A DNA stretch of 64,000 bases from Candidatus Marinacidobacterales bacterium (GCA_965197495.1 OZ240210.1:7998481-8062480); one strand, 5' to 3'. Positions 20,234-29,192 are shown, counted from the stretch's first letter. Notes: generated by a model not told the origin, from the sequence alone. Numbers and translations are program-made.

Positions 20234-20483
20234 GAAAGCGAAAGCGAGAGCGAGGAAGAGCACTCGGCGGGCTCTATTGATGCTTCTGTGTTCGACGCTG
20301 CTAGCAGCGTCATCCCGGCGGACGGTGACGTCGTGAGCTCCCTGGAAGATCTCGTCGCGCCCAGCGGAAATGGTAAGTGTTTTCGAAACTCTGTGTCTCT
20401 GTGGGCATTCTTAAGGCGCCTCATGCACACGATTTGGGGAGCGGCCGAGCTTTCAGGTTTACCTGGATAGCATTAGTAGTACG

Positions 20484-21893
20484 GTGCGCTACGCTGATTT
20501 ATCATGGGCGCGCATGGCGAGCTTCTCCGAGTTCAGCACCCATCGACGGACAGCCGCGATTCTTCTCGGCGAAGGCACGTCGGCTGCCTATCTCGCAGGC
20601 GTCATGAGCGCGCTCAAGAATGCCGGCGTGCGTGTCGACATGATCCTCGGCAAAGGCGCCGGGGCACTCGTCGCGGTTTTCAGCTCCATCGATGCCGAAG
20701 AGCGACTTCATGGAGACGCGGGACTGCTGGCCCGGGCCAGTGGCGAACACCCATGGCGCTTGCGACCCTTATACAAGAAGATGCTTGCCTGTCTTCTGGT
20801 TGCACTGGCCGCATTTCTCTCGCCGGTTTTGTTCGGGCTCGCGGCCGTTCTCGCGCTTCCGCTTCAAGCCTTGGGCCGCCTTCTGTTGGGGGGGGCGGAG
20901 ACGGCGCTCCCGGGGGTCGGGGCGCAATGGTTGCCCGCGCTGTTAGAGGCCGCCGAGCCGGTCTATCTCCGCGTGATGGTGCTCCCGCTCGCTGCGCTGT
21001 GCGCGATTTGGGTCGCGTGGTGGCTATCGAGCTTCGCGCGGCAACGTGGCGCGCCCTCGCTTCCCGAGCTCTACGACCTCGAGCCGCTCGCGGCGCTCGT
21101 CGAGACCAAGCTATGGCAAGCTGTGCGGGGCGCGTCGACCGGCGATCGGCCACGGGAGCGAAGGGATATCGGCGGCGCCTATCAAGAACTTCTGTCGGGA
21201 AGCCTCGGGCAGCTCGGTTTTCGCGAGCTCGTCTTCTACGCTCTCGATACCGATAGCGGTCGCGAAGTCTCTTTTGCGCTCTTGAAGGATCATTTTCTCA
21301 AAAAGCTTTCATCGAACGGCGCGGGGCGAGCGCGGCGCCGGGAGACGATCGATCTCGCCAAAGACGGTGGCCCGCTATTGTTCGATGCTTTGATGGCGGC
21401 GTTGAGCCCAGTTGGCCTCGTGCCGACCGTGCCGATCAAGCTTCCGCTCGATACCACCTTCGGGGGCGAGGTTCACCGCTTCGCCGGGAGCCTCCTAACC
21501 GGCTCGAGCGCGGTTCAGGACGCCGTGGCCGCGGGCGCCGAACAAATCATCTATGTCGCCGGCTGCGCTCCCAGCGACCGCCCGGGCGGCAATGCGATCG
21601 AGCGGTTCATCGAGGCGTCGGTGCGGCGAACTTTGAGCGACGATCTCGCCGAAGCGACGAGACATACCGACCTCCCTGTTTTCCTGATCCGCCCCGACAA
21701 GCAACGACTGAACCCGTTCGAAGTGACGGGCCGCGCGCAGATTGGAAACGAGCGGCTCGACTTGAACGCGCTGATCGCGCATGGACGCCGCGACGCGCTG
21801 CGGCTGTTCGTAGAGCCCGTGCTGGGTGACGATGCTTCCGAGCACGACCGGAGCTTGATGAAGGTGCCGCAAGCGGGGCCTCGCGAGCTTTAG
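20484..21893 (+). CDS. Patatin-like phospholipase-family protein with degenerate motifs (GEG for GGG; GKGAGA instead of GxSxG) and two central TM helices. Probable start M at 20514.
   Basis: LLGEGTSAAYLAGVMSAL...ILGKGAGALVA has patatin-like spacing, but the nucleophile Ser reads Ala. The C-terminal region has DGG...D resembling the patatin Asp motif. Confidence 0.4.
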   Translation: MRYADLSWARMASFSEFSTHRRTAAILLGEGTSAAYLAGVMSALKNAGVRVDMILGKGAGALVAVFSSIDAEERLHGDAGLLARASGEHPWRLRPLYKKMLACLLVALAAFLSPVLFGLAAVLALPLQALGRLLLGGAETALPGVGAQWLPALLEAAEPVYLRVMVLPLAALCAIWVAWWLSSFARQRGAPSLPELYDLEPLAALVETKLWQAVRGASTGDRPRERRDIGGAYQELLSGSLGQLGFRELVFYALDTDSGREVSFALLKDHFLKKLSSNGAGRARRRETIDLAKDGGPLLFDALMAALSPVGLVPTVPIKLPLDTTFGGEVHRFAGSLLTGSSAVQDAVAAGAEQIIYVAGCAPSDRPGGNAIERFIEASVRRTLSDDLAEATRHTDLPVFLIRPDKQRLNPFEVTGRAQIGNERLDLNALIAHGRRDALRLFVEPVLGDDASEHDRSLMKVPQAGPREL

Positions 21894-21906
21894 GGTCCGG
21901 GCTGCG

Positions 21907-21960
21907 AGATCTAGAGAAAAGCGTAACGCAAAGGCGTCAAGGTTCAAAGACGCGAAGGTT
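21907..21960 (+). repeat. Solo copy of the MITE terminal repeat (aaaagcgtaacgcaaaggcg...caaagacgcgaagg) overlapping a hairpin gaaggttcaaaccttc. It lies 14 bp downstream of the patatin-like gene and may act as a terminator.
   Basis: A 20-nt and a 13-nt exact match to the 15216-15275 arm. The hairpin has a 6-bp stem. Confidence 0.4.
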
Positions 21961-21980
21961 CAAACCTTCAGCGCTGTACA

Positions 21981-22565
21981 ATGGGACCAGTTATGTCCAG
22001 TGTTCTCGATTTGACCTTTATCGGCCTCGCGGGGCTCTTTACGGTGTGGAACGTCTTTTTTCTAGCTCGCTACGCGCGATATCGGCGCCTCATGCCCACC
22101 GCCGAGCTCACGTGGCGGCCCACCCGGCCGTGGTTTTACAACATGTGCATCGGCATCGGTTTTTTCATGGTGAGCATGACGGCGTTGAGCCTCTTCGTTT
22201 TGGATAGGCCAATCCTCTCGAGCGTGGCCCAGGGCCTGATGGCCATCTACTACACGATCGCCTTTCCTCTCTCGTTTCAAATTCAACCTGGTTTCTACAA
22301 GTCGGGCATCTGGTTCGACCGCTCCTTCGTGCCTTATACGAAAGTGCGGCGTTTGGGGTGGCGCGAACAGCCGGACATCGTTCTGATCGTCACGAAGGAA
22401 ACAGGCCTGATGGAGCAGGACTACGCGCGGCTTCAAGTTCCGAGAGAGCGCTACGGCGAAGCGCGGCGCATTCTGGCGAGCCATATCGATGACCAGAGTC
22501 TCTCCATCGAAACGGGAATTCTGGGGCTCGACGAGGGCGACATGCCGGCGCAGGAGCGCGTATGA
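21981..22565 (+). CDS. Hypothetical integral membrane protein (194 aa, ~4 TM). It overlaps the start of the downstream HMT/MTHFR gene by 4 bp.
   Basis: Hydrophobic segments LTFIGLAGLFTVWNVFFLA, FYNMCIGIGFFMVSMTALSLFVL and LMAIYYTIAFPLSF. An ATGA overlap at 22562 links it to the next gene. Confidence 0.4.
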   Translation: MGPVMSSVLDLTFIGLAGLFTVWNVFFLARYARYRRLMPTAELTWRPTRPWFYNMCIGIGFFMVSMTALSLFVLDRPILSSVAQGLMAIYYTIAFPLSFQIQPGFYKSGIWFDRSFVPYTKVRRLGWREQPDIVLIVTKETGLMEQDYARLQVPRERYGEARRILASHIDDQSLSIETGILGLDEGDMPAQERV

Positions 22566-24412
22566 CGTCGTTTGGACGAGACGCCTTCCGAAAGCGGCTA
22601 TCATCGGCGCCGCTCGTTTGCGACGGCGCCATGGGCACGTCGCTCTACGGCAAGGGCGTGATGGTCAACCGCTGTTTCGACGAGCTCAACCTCTCGAATC
22701 GCGAGCTCGTCCGGTCGGTGCATCGTGACTACCTCGGCGTCGGTGTCGACATCCTCGAGACGAACACATATGGCGCCAACCGTTTCAAGCTCGAGTCTCA
22801 CGGGTTCAAAGACCGCGTCCGTGAGATCAACGAGGCGGGCGCGGCCGTCGCGAGAGACGCCATCGGGGATAAGGATGGGCCCGTTCTCGTTGCAGGTTCC
22901 ATCGGTCCGCTCGGAAAACCGATCGCGCCGATCGGAACGATTTCCGAAGAGGAGGCGCTCGCGAGCTTTGGCGAGCAAAGCGAGGGATTGATCGCTGGCG
23001 CTGTCGATTTCGCGATTCTCGAAACGTTCTCGGATCTGCGGGAGCTCGGTCTCGCCATCCGCGCGCTGCGCGAGGTGGCGCCCGATCTGGCGATCGTCGC
23101 GCAGATGACTTACGGCGACGACGGATCGACACCGCTCGGCGCCAAGCCCGAGCACGTCGCCCGCAAGCTCTCGGAGCTCGACATCGACGCCATCGGCGCG
23201 AATTGTAGCGTCGGTCCCGAGCTCATGCTGCGCGTCGTCGAGCGGCTTGCGACCGCGACGAAGCTTCCGATCTCCGTGCAGCCGAACGCCGGTCTCCCCG
23301 AGCTTGTCGAAGGACGCGTCATCTACTTGAGCTCACCCGAGTACATGGGCCATTATGCGAAGCGTTTCTTGAAGGCTGGTGCCACGATTCTCGGCGGCTG
23401 TTGTGGCACGGCGCCCGACCATATCGGCGCGATGGTCGGCGTCGTTCGCGCGCTCGGCCCCGCGCGAAAGCAAATCGAAGTCGCCCCCGCCGAAGAGCGC
23501 GTCGAGCGCGAGCCCGTGCCGCGCGAGAAAAAATCACGTCTCGCGAGAAGCCTTGGGCGCAAATTCGTCGTCTCGGTCGAGATGGATCCGCCCAAAGGCG
23601 CGGACCCGGGACTCTTCCTCGAGAAAGCGCAGTGGCTGAAAGAGAACGAGGTCGACTACATCAATGTCGGCGACGGCCCGCGCGCGAGCGCCAGGATGAG
23701 CGCGCTGAGCTTCGCCGTCCTTCTCGAGCAACGTGTCGGCTTGGAGACGATCCTTCACTATCAATGCCGCGACCGGAACCTCATCGGCATCCAGTCGGAT
23801 CTGCTGGGGGCGCAGTCACTCGGCTTGCGCAACATCCTCGCGGTAACAGGCGATCCCCCCAAGCTCGGAGATTACCCATATGCCACCGCGGTCTTCGACG
23901 TCGACTCCGTGGGCCTCACGAAGATCCTCGGACGGTTGAATCGTGGTCTCGATCTTTCGGGAAATCCTCTCGGTCTTGCGCTACCGTTCCACATCGGTGT
24001 CGGGGTCAACCCTGGAGCGACCGACTTCGACGCCGAGATTCAGAAGTTCCAGAACAAAGTGGAAGCGGGCGCGGAATATTGCTTGACGCAGCCCGTCTAC
24101 GAGGCGCGCTATCTCGAACGGTTTCTCGAAGCGATCGAGAGCTACAGGATCCCCGTGCTCGTGGGCATCCTGCCGCTCGTGAGCTCACGCAACGCCGAGT
24201 TTCTCCACAACGAGGTGCCCGGCATGGCCGTCCCGCAGGAGATTCGCGACCGGCTAAGGAGCGCCTCGACGAAAGAAACCGCCCAGCAAGCCGGCGTGGA
24301 TATCGCGCGCGATGCTTTGCGAGCCGCGCGAGACCTCGCCGACGGTGCTTATGTGTTGCCGCCGTTCAATCGATTCGAGCTCGCGGTCAAGGTCATCGAA
24401 CACATTATCTGA
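22562..24412 (+). CDS. Bifunctional homocysteine S-methyltransferase / 5,10-methylenetetrahydrofolate reductase (N-terminal Hcy-binding domain fused to a C-terminal MetF domain).
   Basis: The N-terminus LVCDGAMGTSLY...GVDILETNTYGAN...GCCGT is an S-methyl_trans Hcy domain with Zn-binding Cys residues. The C-terminus HYQCRDRN...LAVTGDPP...VGVNPG is an MTHFR fold. Confidence 0.8.
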   Translation: MTSFGRDAFRKRLSSAPLVCDGAMGTSLYGKGVMVNRCFDELNLSNRELVRSVHRDYLGVGVDILETNTYGANRFKLESHGFKDRVREINEAGAAVARDAIGDKDGPVLVAGSIGPLGKPIAPIGTISEEEALASFGEQSEGLIAGAVDFAILETFSDLRELGLAIRALREVAPDLAIVAQMTYGDDGSTPLGAKPEHVARKLSELDIDAIGANCSVGPELMLRVVERLATATKLPISVQPNAGLPELVEGRVIYLSSPEYMGHYAKRFLKAGATILGGCCGTAPDHIGAMVGVVRALGPARKQIEVAPAEERVEREPVPREKKSRLARSLGRKFVVSVEMDPPKGADPGLFLEKAQWLKENEVDYINVGDGPRASARMSALSFAVLLEQRVGLETILHYQCRDRNLIGIQSDLLGAQSLGLRNILAVTGDPPKLGDYPYATAVFDVDSVGLTKILGRLNRGLDLSGNPLGLALPFHIGVGVNPGATDFDAEIQKFQNKVEAGAEYCLTQPVYEARYLERFLEAIESYRIPVLVGILPLVSSRNAEFLHNEVPGMAVPQEIRDRLRSASTKETAQQAGVDIARDALRAARDLADGAYVLPPFNRFELAVKVIEHII

Positions 24413-24481
24413 TTCGTGCGTGGCCGGTGCTGCTTCCGGCTGCCCGCTACCTGCACATCATTCAAGTCGCACCGCTTTAAG

Positions 24482-24973
24482 CTGAAGTTCTGCCCAGTAA
24501 GCCCTCCCACGCTTCGGTAAAGTACCTTTAGTCGCATGGAGTTACAGCGCTAGAGGTGTGATTTTTGCCTGCAATTGGTAGCCATGTTGTATTGTATTTT
24601 TTATTGTTATATATGCCTATATAGTGTATATAGTAGCCATGCACATCGATATCGTGCCCAACCGCAACTCCAAACCCGCCGTTTTGCTCCGTGAGTCCTA
24701 TCGGGATGCCAAGAGCAAGAAACCGCGCAAGCGCACACTTGCCAACCTGTCCAAACTGCCGAGCGAGCAGGTCGATGCCATCCGACGCATACTCAAGGGG
24801 CAAAAGCTCGTTTCGCTCGAAGACGCCTTCGAAATCGTCGAGAACGGCTCCCGGCACCATGGCCACGTCGACGCGGTGCTCAGTGCCATGAGACAGCTCG
24901 GTTTCGAAAAACTCGTTGGCTCTCGACACTCACCAGAGCGGGATTTGGTCGTGGCCATGGTAGTCGCCCGGAT
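24482..24973 (+). mobile_element. IS1634-family copy 1, 5' portion (end CTGAAGTTCTGCCC, leader, and transposase aa 1-117 from ORF 24624..).
   Basis: It matches the reverse complement of 56376..56867 of the full copy. Homology ends at 24973 (CCCGGAT). It complements the 16308..18033 fragment exactly, with a 7-bp overlap. Confidence 0.85.
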
Positions 24974-25195
24974 GAGATCCCGGAGACGAACCGCTACATC
25001 CCCTCTCAAGGCCGGCTTGCGGTACTTCGTGATAAATACGAAGTGATAGTTTAACTGATACGTCGTGTGCGATGATTTACGATATCCTTTCACCTGGGGA
25101 TCGTACCCCAAGCCTCCTAAAGGCTTCGCCTAAAGGCGAGGGATTTCAACCATCCCCGAGTGGGACATTAATTCATATGGAATAAGGAAGGGGGG
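24974..25195 (-). mobile_element. tnpA: IS200/IS605 fragment: tnpA N-terminal half (25111..24974, MGYDPQVKGYRKSSHTTYQLNYHFVFITKYRKPALRGDVAVRLRDLIR) plus left-end hairpins (tcgcctaaaggcga).
   Basis: It contains the Y1 transposase N-terminal HUH region (YHFVFITKYR). Joined through the shared ATCCGGG to 18034.., it gives an intact ~140-aa TnpA. Confidence 0.7.
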
Positions 25196-25744
25196 GCTCG
25201 ATTAGTGGAGGCTATGGAAAACGCCCTTCCAGGCTTCGAAGAGAACTCAGTCGTGAGCAAGGTCTGAACGACCAGAACCGTGGGGGCGTTTCCCACAGCC
25301 TCGTCTCCCGCTGAGGGGCAGTGGCATTTGGTGAGGCCCGTGGGTTGAGAGGGTAAGCCATGTGTAGATGCGCATCGGCGAGAACGCTAGAATCTTTTTT
25401 TCCGAAAGAGAAAAGAGCGTTCCCGCGATGCGCGTTACTACGTTAGTCAACAAGCTCATCGGATTGCAAGGCCTGTGGGTCCGAGGTTTCCACTTCCAGG
25501 CGGACAAAGCCAGAGTGGTGGTGGATGTAGTACCACGGAGGAGGAAGCCTCTGTGCGGGATTTGCGGACGAAAGGTCCGCAAGAACAAAGATCGCTACAA
25601 TCGCTACTGGCGGCACTTGGACCTGTTCGGAGTCCGGACCTATCTTCGCTACTCGATCCGACGAGTGGTATGTCGGCGGTGTGGAGTGGTCAGAGAAAAG
25701 GTGCCTTCCCTCTGTGCCAACATCGCTGAGACACTTCGCCCCTT

Positions 25745-27385
25745 GAAATTAGTGTAGAGGGCGGAGGAGGATCAATGCATGAGTATGTTGATTGAGAGAG
25801 AGACCTCGGCGGGATCGGAGGGAGCCCGTAGGGCGACTGGAGATCCCGCCGGCCGCGATGCGGCGGGGGTCCCGGATCCCGAAGTGAGCGAGCAAGCGAA
25901 GCGTCGACGCTTTACCGCGGAGTACAAGCTGCGGATAGTGCGTGAGGCCGATGCCTGCAAGGGTGACGGTGACGTTGCTGCTCTTCTGCGTCGAGAGGGC
26001 CTGTACTCGTCGCATTTATCGAGTTGGCGCCGCCAACGTGACGAGGTCGCCAAAGCGGGGTTGGCGTCGAGAAAGCGAGGCCGGAAGGCAAAGGCCGAGG
26101 ATCCACGGGTCAAGGAGCTCGAGCGCGAGAACGCCCGGCTCCAACGTCGCCTGGCTCGGGTGGAGACAATGTTGGAGACCAAAAAAAAACCTCCGAATTA
26201 CTGGGGATCCCCCTGAATCCACTCGACAGCTACGAGAACGACTGATGGTGGCGGCCGAGGAGCTGGCGGGGCAGATTGGGCAGACGACGGAAGCCTGCGA
26301 GGCTCTGGGTGTGGCTCGTTCCACGCTGTATCGCAGGCGCCAGGTGACGCCCGAACCGAAGCGGCGTCCTCGGCCGCACCGAGCCTTCGACGAGACTGAG
26401 CGCGAGGAAGTCCTCGGGGCCTCGCACTGTGAGCGGTTCGTCGACAAGGCGCCCGCCCAGGTGTGGGCCACGCTTCTGGACGAGGGAACCTACCTCTGCT
26501 CGATTCGCACGATGTATCGGATTTTGGAGGAGCACGGCGAGGTCCGAGAGCGCCGGAACCAACGGCGCCATCCGAACTACACGAAGCCGGAGCTGCTGGC
26601 CGAAGCGCCCAACCAGGTTTGGTCGTGGGATATTACGAAGCTTCGTGGCCCCGTCAAGTGGACCTACTACTACCTCTACGTCATCCTCGACATCTTCTCC
26701 CGCTACGTGGTTGGCTGGATGCTGGCTCACCGAGAAAGTGCGGCGCTCGCGCAACGCCTCATCGCCGAGAGCTGTCGCAAGCAGGACATTGAACCCGACC
26801 AGCTCACCCTTCACGCGGACCGTGGCAGCTCGATGAGAAGCAAGCCCGTGGCTCTGCTCCTGGCTGACCTCGGAGTTACCAAGACCCACTCCAGACCTTA
26901 TGTCTCGAACGACAATCCCTACTCCGAGTCCCAGTTCAAGACGATGAAGTACTGCCCTCAGTTTCCGAGCCGTTTTGGTTCCGCCGAAGACGGCCGGCTG
27001 TTCTGCGGCGGTTTCTTCGACTACTACAACTACGAGCACCGGCACTCAGGAATCGGCTTCATGACGCCGGCCGACGTTCACTATGGTCGCGCCGAACAGC
27101 TCACCACCGCTCGGCGCCAGATCCTTCTCGAAGCTCATCGGACTCATCCCGAACGCTTCGTTCGCGGAACGCCACAACCTCCCGTTTTGCCTCCTCAGGC
27201 TTGGATCAACCCGCCGACGGAGAAAACGACGCTCCTGAATGCCGCACAAGCCACTCTCGCGGCGGCGTCCATACCTGGGGTACCCCCTTTTTCTGCTCCA
27301 CGAAACGAGATCTCGATCGATGCAGATGTGGACCGCACCGGCGCCACGAGCCTCCCGACGCTAATCGAGGCTCACTAAATGCAGC
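25745..27385 (+). mobile_element. IS3-family element nested in the ISL3 transposase gene. orfA is 25779..26216 (HTH + leucine zipper). orfB is ~26186..27378 (DDE integrase core, e.g. NQVWSWDITKL...DNPYSESQF...YNYEHRHSGIG). An A9 run at 26182-26190 is at the orfA/orfB junction.
   Basis: This is the classic IS3 two-ORF organisation with an A-run slippery site. In this sequence orfB lies in the +1 frame relative to orfA, not the canonical -1 frame. Confidence 0.85.
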
Positions 27386-27654
27386 TCGCGAGTGTCTCAA
27401 AGTTGTTGACACGTACCGCTTGGGCCGACAAGGGAAGCCGCTTTACCAAAAGCTTCGAACAAGAGGTAGCGTGGCTGGCACAGAGGACGGACGTCAGCGC
27501 CGTAGCGAACTATTTCCGAGTGACGTGGCGTTCGGTGCGACGGATCATCCAGCGAGTGGTTGCCGAGCAGCGGGATGAGCGGCGCGAGCTCGATGGATTG
27601 CGGGTGATTGGGATGGACGAGATCAGCTACCGCAAACGCCACAAGTACTTAACC

Positions 27655-27840
27655 CTAATCGCAAAATCTTCGAAGCACGAAAACGCGAAACAGCCGCACT
27701 GGGCGCAGGCGAGAAGCTCGTGCTGGGGCACCCGCTCGCCGCCACTATAGGTGATTCTGCACGGTGTATGCAGAACCTGGAAAAGGTGCTATTCACGGGG
27801 CCAAAGACCTCAGACACGGTGACGTTTATTTGCGATTAGG
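27655..27840. repeat. 186-bp region: a 17-bp perfect inverted repeat (aaccctaatcgcaaa / tttgcgattagggtt) bracketing a ~155-bp insert that interrupts the ISL3 transposase reading frame.
   Basis: Removing 27670-27825 restores ...HKYLTL|VVIDHLSGRVVW.... It is either a hairpin-type micro-insertion or a local inverted duplication. Confidence 0.45.
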
Positions 27841-28570
27841 GTTAACAGTGGTAATAGACCATCTCAGCGGCCGGGTCGTCTGGGCGGGAAAGGAGCGCAA
27901 GGCCAAGACGCTGCTGCGGTTTTTCCGCAAGCTCGGACCACAAAGAGCCGCGGAGCTCGAAGCGGTCAGCATGGACATGTGGGAGCCGTACATAACTGTC
28001 GTCGGCAAAAAGGCTCCTCAGGCACGGGTGATCTTTGACCGCTTCCACATCGTCAAGCATCTGAACGAGGCCGTGGATAAGACCCGGCGCGAGCTGGTGC
28101 GCGAGCTCAAAGGGACTGCCCGGCGGAACCTCAAAAACACCAAGTTTCCCCTTCTCAAGGCCAAACACAACCGCAGCGCGAAAGACAAACGGGTGCTCCG
28201 CGAGCAGGTGCGAGCTAATCGTCGCCTCTACCGCGCCATGCTTCTGCGCGACGACTTCATGGACCTCTACACCTACAAAACCGAGACATGGGCCAAGAAG
28301 TTTCTCCGAGGATGGCTGCGGCGCGCTATGAGCTCGAGGATAGAGCCCGTCAAACGCGCGGCGAAGATGATCCGCAGCCACTTCGATGGCGTCATCGCGT
28401 GGGTCACGTGGAGACTCAGCAACGGCCGACTCGAAGGAATGAACAACAAAATCCGGCTGCTGAGCCACCGCAGCTTTGGACTCCACTCTGCCGAAGCTCT
28501 CATCAGTCTCGTCTACCTAAACTGTGGCGGTCTCACCCTCGAGAGGATCCACTGAAATGGCAGGAGAGGC

Positions 28571-28680
28571 AAAACTGTTTCACGGCGTCCTCCAGCGTGG
28601 GAAAGGGTTGTCGTGACATCTTCCTACTCTGGATGTGGCGCCGTGTCTACTTCACGCCCAGATTGTGCATCGAGCCCGCG
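28571..28680 (-). mobile_element. Detached 5' end of ISx copy A (first ~110 nt, including codons 1-16 MSRQPFPTLEDAVKQF). The ISL3 insertion separated it from 18644..20233.
   Basis: It matches the reverse complement of 40262-40371, then abuts the ISL3 right end. ACAGTTTT is duplicated at both ISx/ISL3 junctions. Confidence 0.65.
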
Positions 28681-28721
28681 TTGGGCTGACGTGGTGAGCG
28701 AGCCGACAGCGAAGAGTCAGG

Positions 28722-29087
28722 ATGAAAGACTTTCGAGATCTAAAGGTTTGGGAGAAGGCCCATCAGCTAGTCAAGGGTTTGTACCAGGCCACCGGCCACT
28801 TCCCAACCGAAGAGAAGTTCGGCTTGACGGCTCAGATGCGCCGAGCGGCGGTTTCCATCCCGGCGAATATTGCTGAGGGCTGTGGACGCGGTTCAGACCG
28901 GGATATGGCCCGCTTTCTTCAAATGAGTATGGGCTCAGCAAGCGAGCTCGAATACGAACTGCTCCTTGCCCACGAGCTCGGGTTGCTCGATAGCCAAAGT
29001 CTTCAGGAGCTTGCCGAGCGAACCACCGAGGTCAAGCGTATGCTCGCCTCTCTCATCCGGAGGCTCGAATCCGGAGCTGACCGCTGA
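28722..29087 (+). CDS. Four-helix-bundle protein of the TIGR02436 family ('23S rRNA intervening-sequence protein', Avd-like fold), copy 1.
   Basis: MKDFRDLKVWEKAHQLVKGLY...FPTEEKFGLTAQMRRAAVSIPANIAEG...GSASELEYELLLA is a family signature. It is 99% identical to 39853..40218 on the minus strand. Confidence 0.8.
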   Translation: MKDFRDLKVWEKAHQLVKGLYQATGHFPTEEKFGLTAQMRRAAVSIPANIAEGCGRGSDRDMARFLQMSMGSASELEYELLLAHELGLLDSQSLQELAERTTEVKRMLASLIRRLESGADR

Positions 29088-29192
29088 ATGCTGACCGCTG
29101 ACCGCTCGCGGCGGAGCCGTCCTCCAATTTGGTTGCGGCTCCGCCGCGCTGTGCCTCTGTGGCCATCCCCTTTGGTTGCGGCCACAGGCTGC
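29075..29192 (+). repeat. Hairpin repeat element copy a. The motif gctgaccgctga(atg)ctgaccgctgaccgctcg is followed by a 12-bp GC stem GCGGCGGAGCCG with a 16-nt loop TCCTCCAATTTGGTTG, then ...CGGCTCCGCCGC and gctgtgcctctgtggccat. It starts inside the last codons of the 4HB gene.
   Basis: Copies with the same core are at 39735-39866 (minus), 41931-42030 and 42169-42298. Confidence 0.7.

Larger units (their letters stand above)
25200..28570 (+). mobile_element. ISL3-family element body (transposase pseudogene: zinc-ribbon N-part 25429..25757, HTH part 27379..27750, DDE part 27764..28555). It is interrupted by an IS3-family insertion and by a ~170-bp insert with 17-bp inverted repeats, and it has an internal frameshift. 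The right terminus is at 28570.
   Basis: Zinc-ribbon LCGICGRKV...CRRCG, the HTH region TWRSVRRIIQRV...GMDEISYRKRHKYLT, and the DDE region MDMWEPY...VIFDRFHIVKHL are ISL3 hallmarks. The right end abuts ISx with an 8-bp target duplication. Confidence 0.75.

Noticed and set aside
21930-21960. A tRNA T-arm-like sequence (ggttcaaacc).
   Set aside because: No acceptor, D-stem or anticodon-stem complementarity exists around it. It is the loop of a simple hairpin next to the solo MITE arm.
25942-26185. The 5' extension of the IS3 orfB ORF (25942..) as an independent long protein.
   Set aside because: This frame is simply open across orfA. The biologically meaningful OrfB begins at the A-run frameshift site (~26186).
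28722-29087. The TIGR02436 four-helix-bundle gene as part of a diversity-generating retroelement (Avd) or a 23S rRNA intervening sequence.
   Set aside because: There is no reverse transcriptase ORF, no TR/VR repeat pair with adenine-specific differences, and no rRNA gene in the window. The repeats next to it are hairpins that differ by C/T changes.
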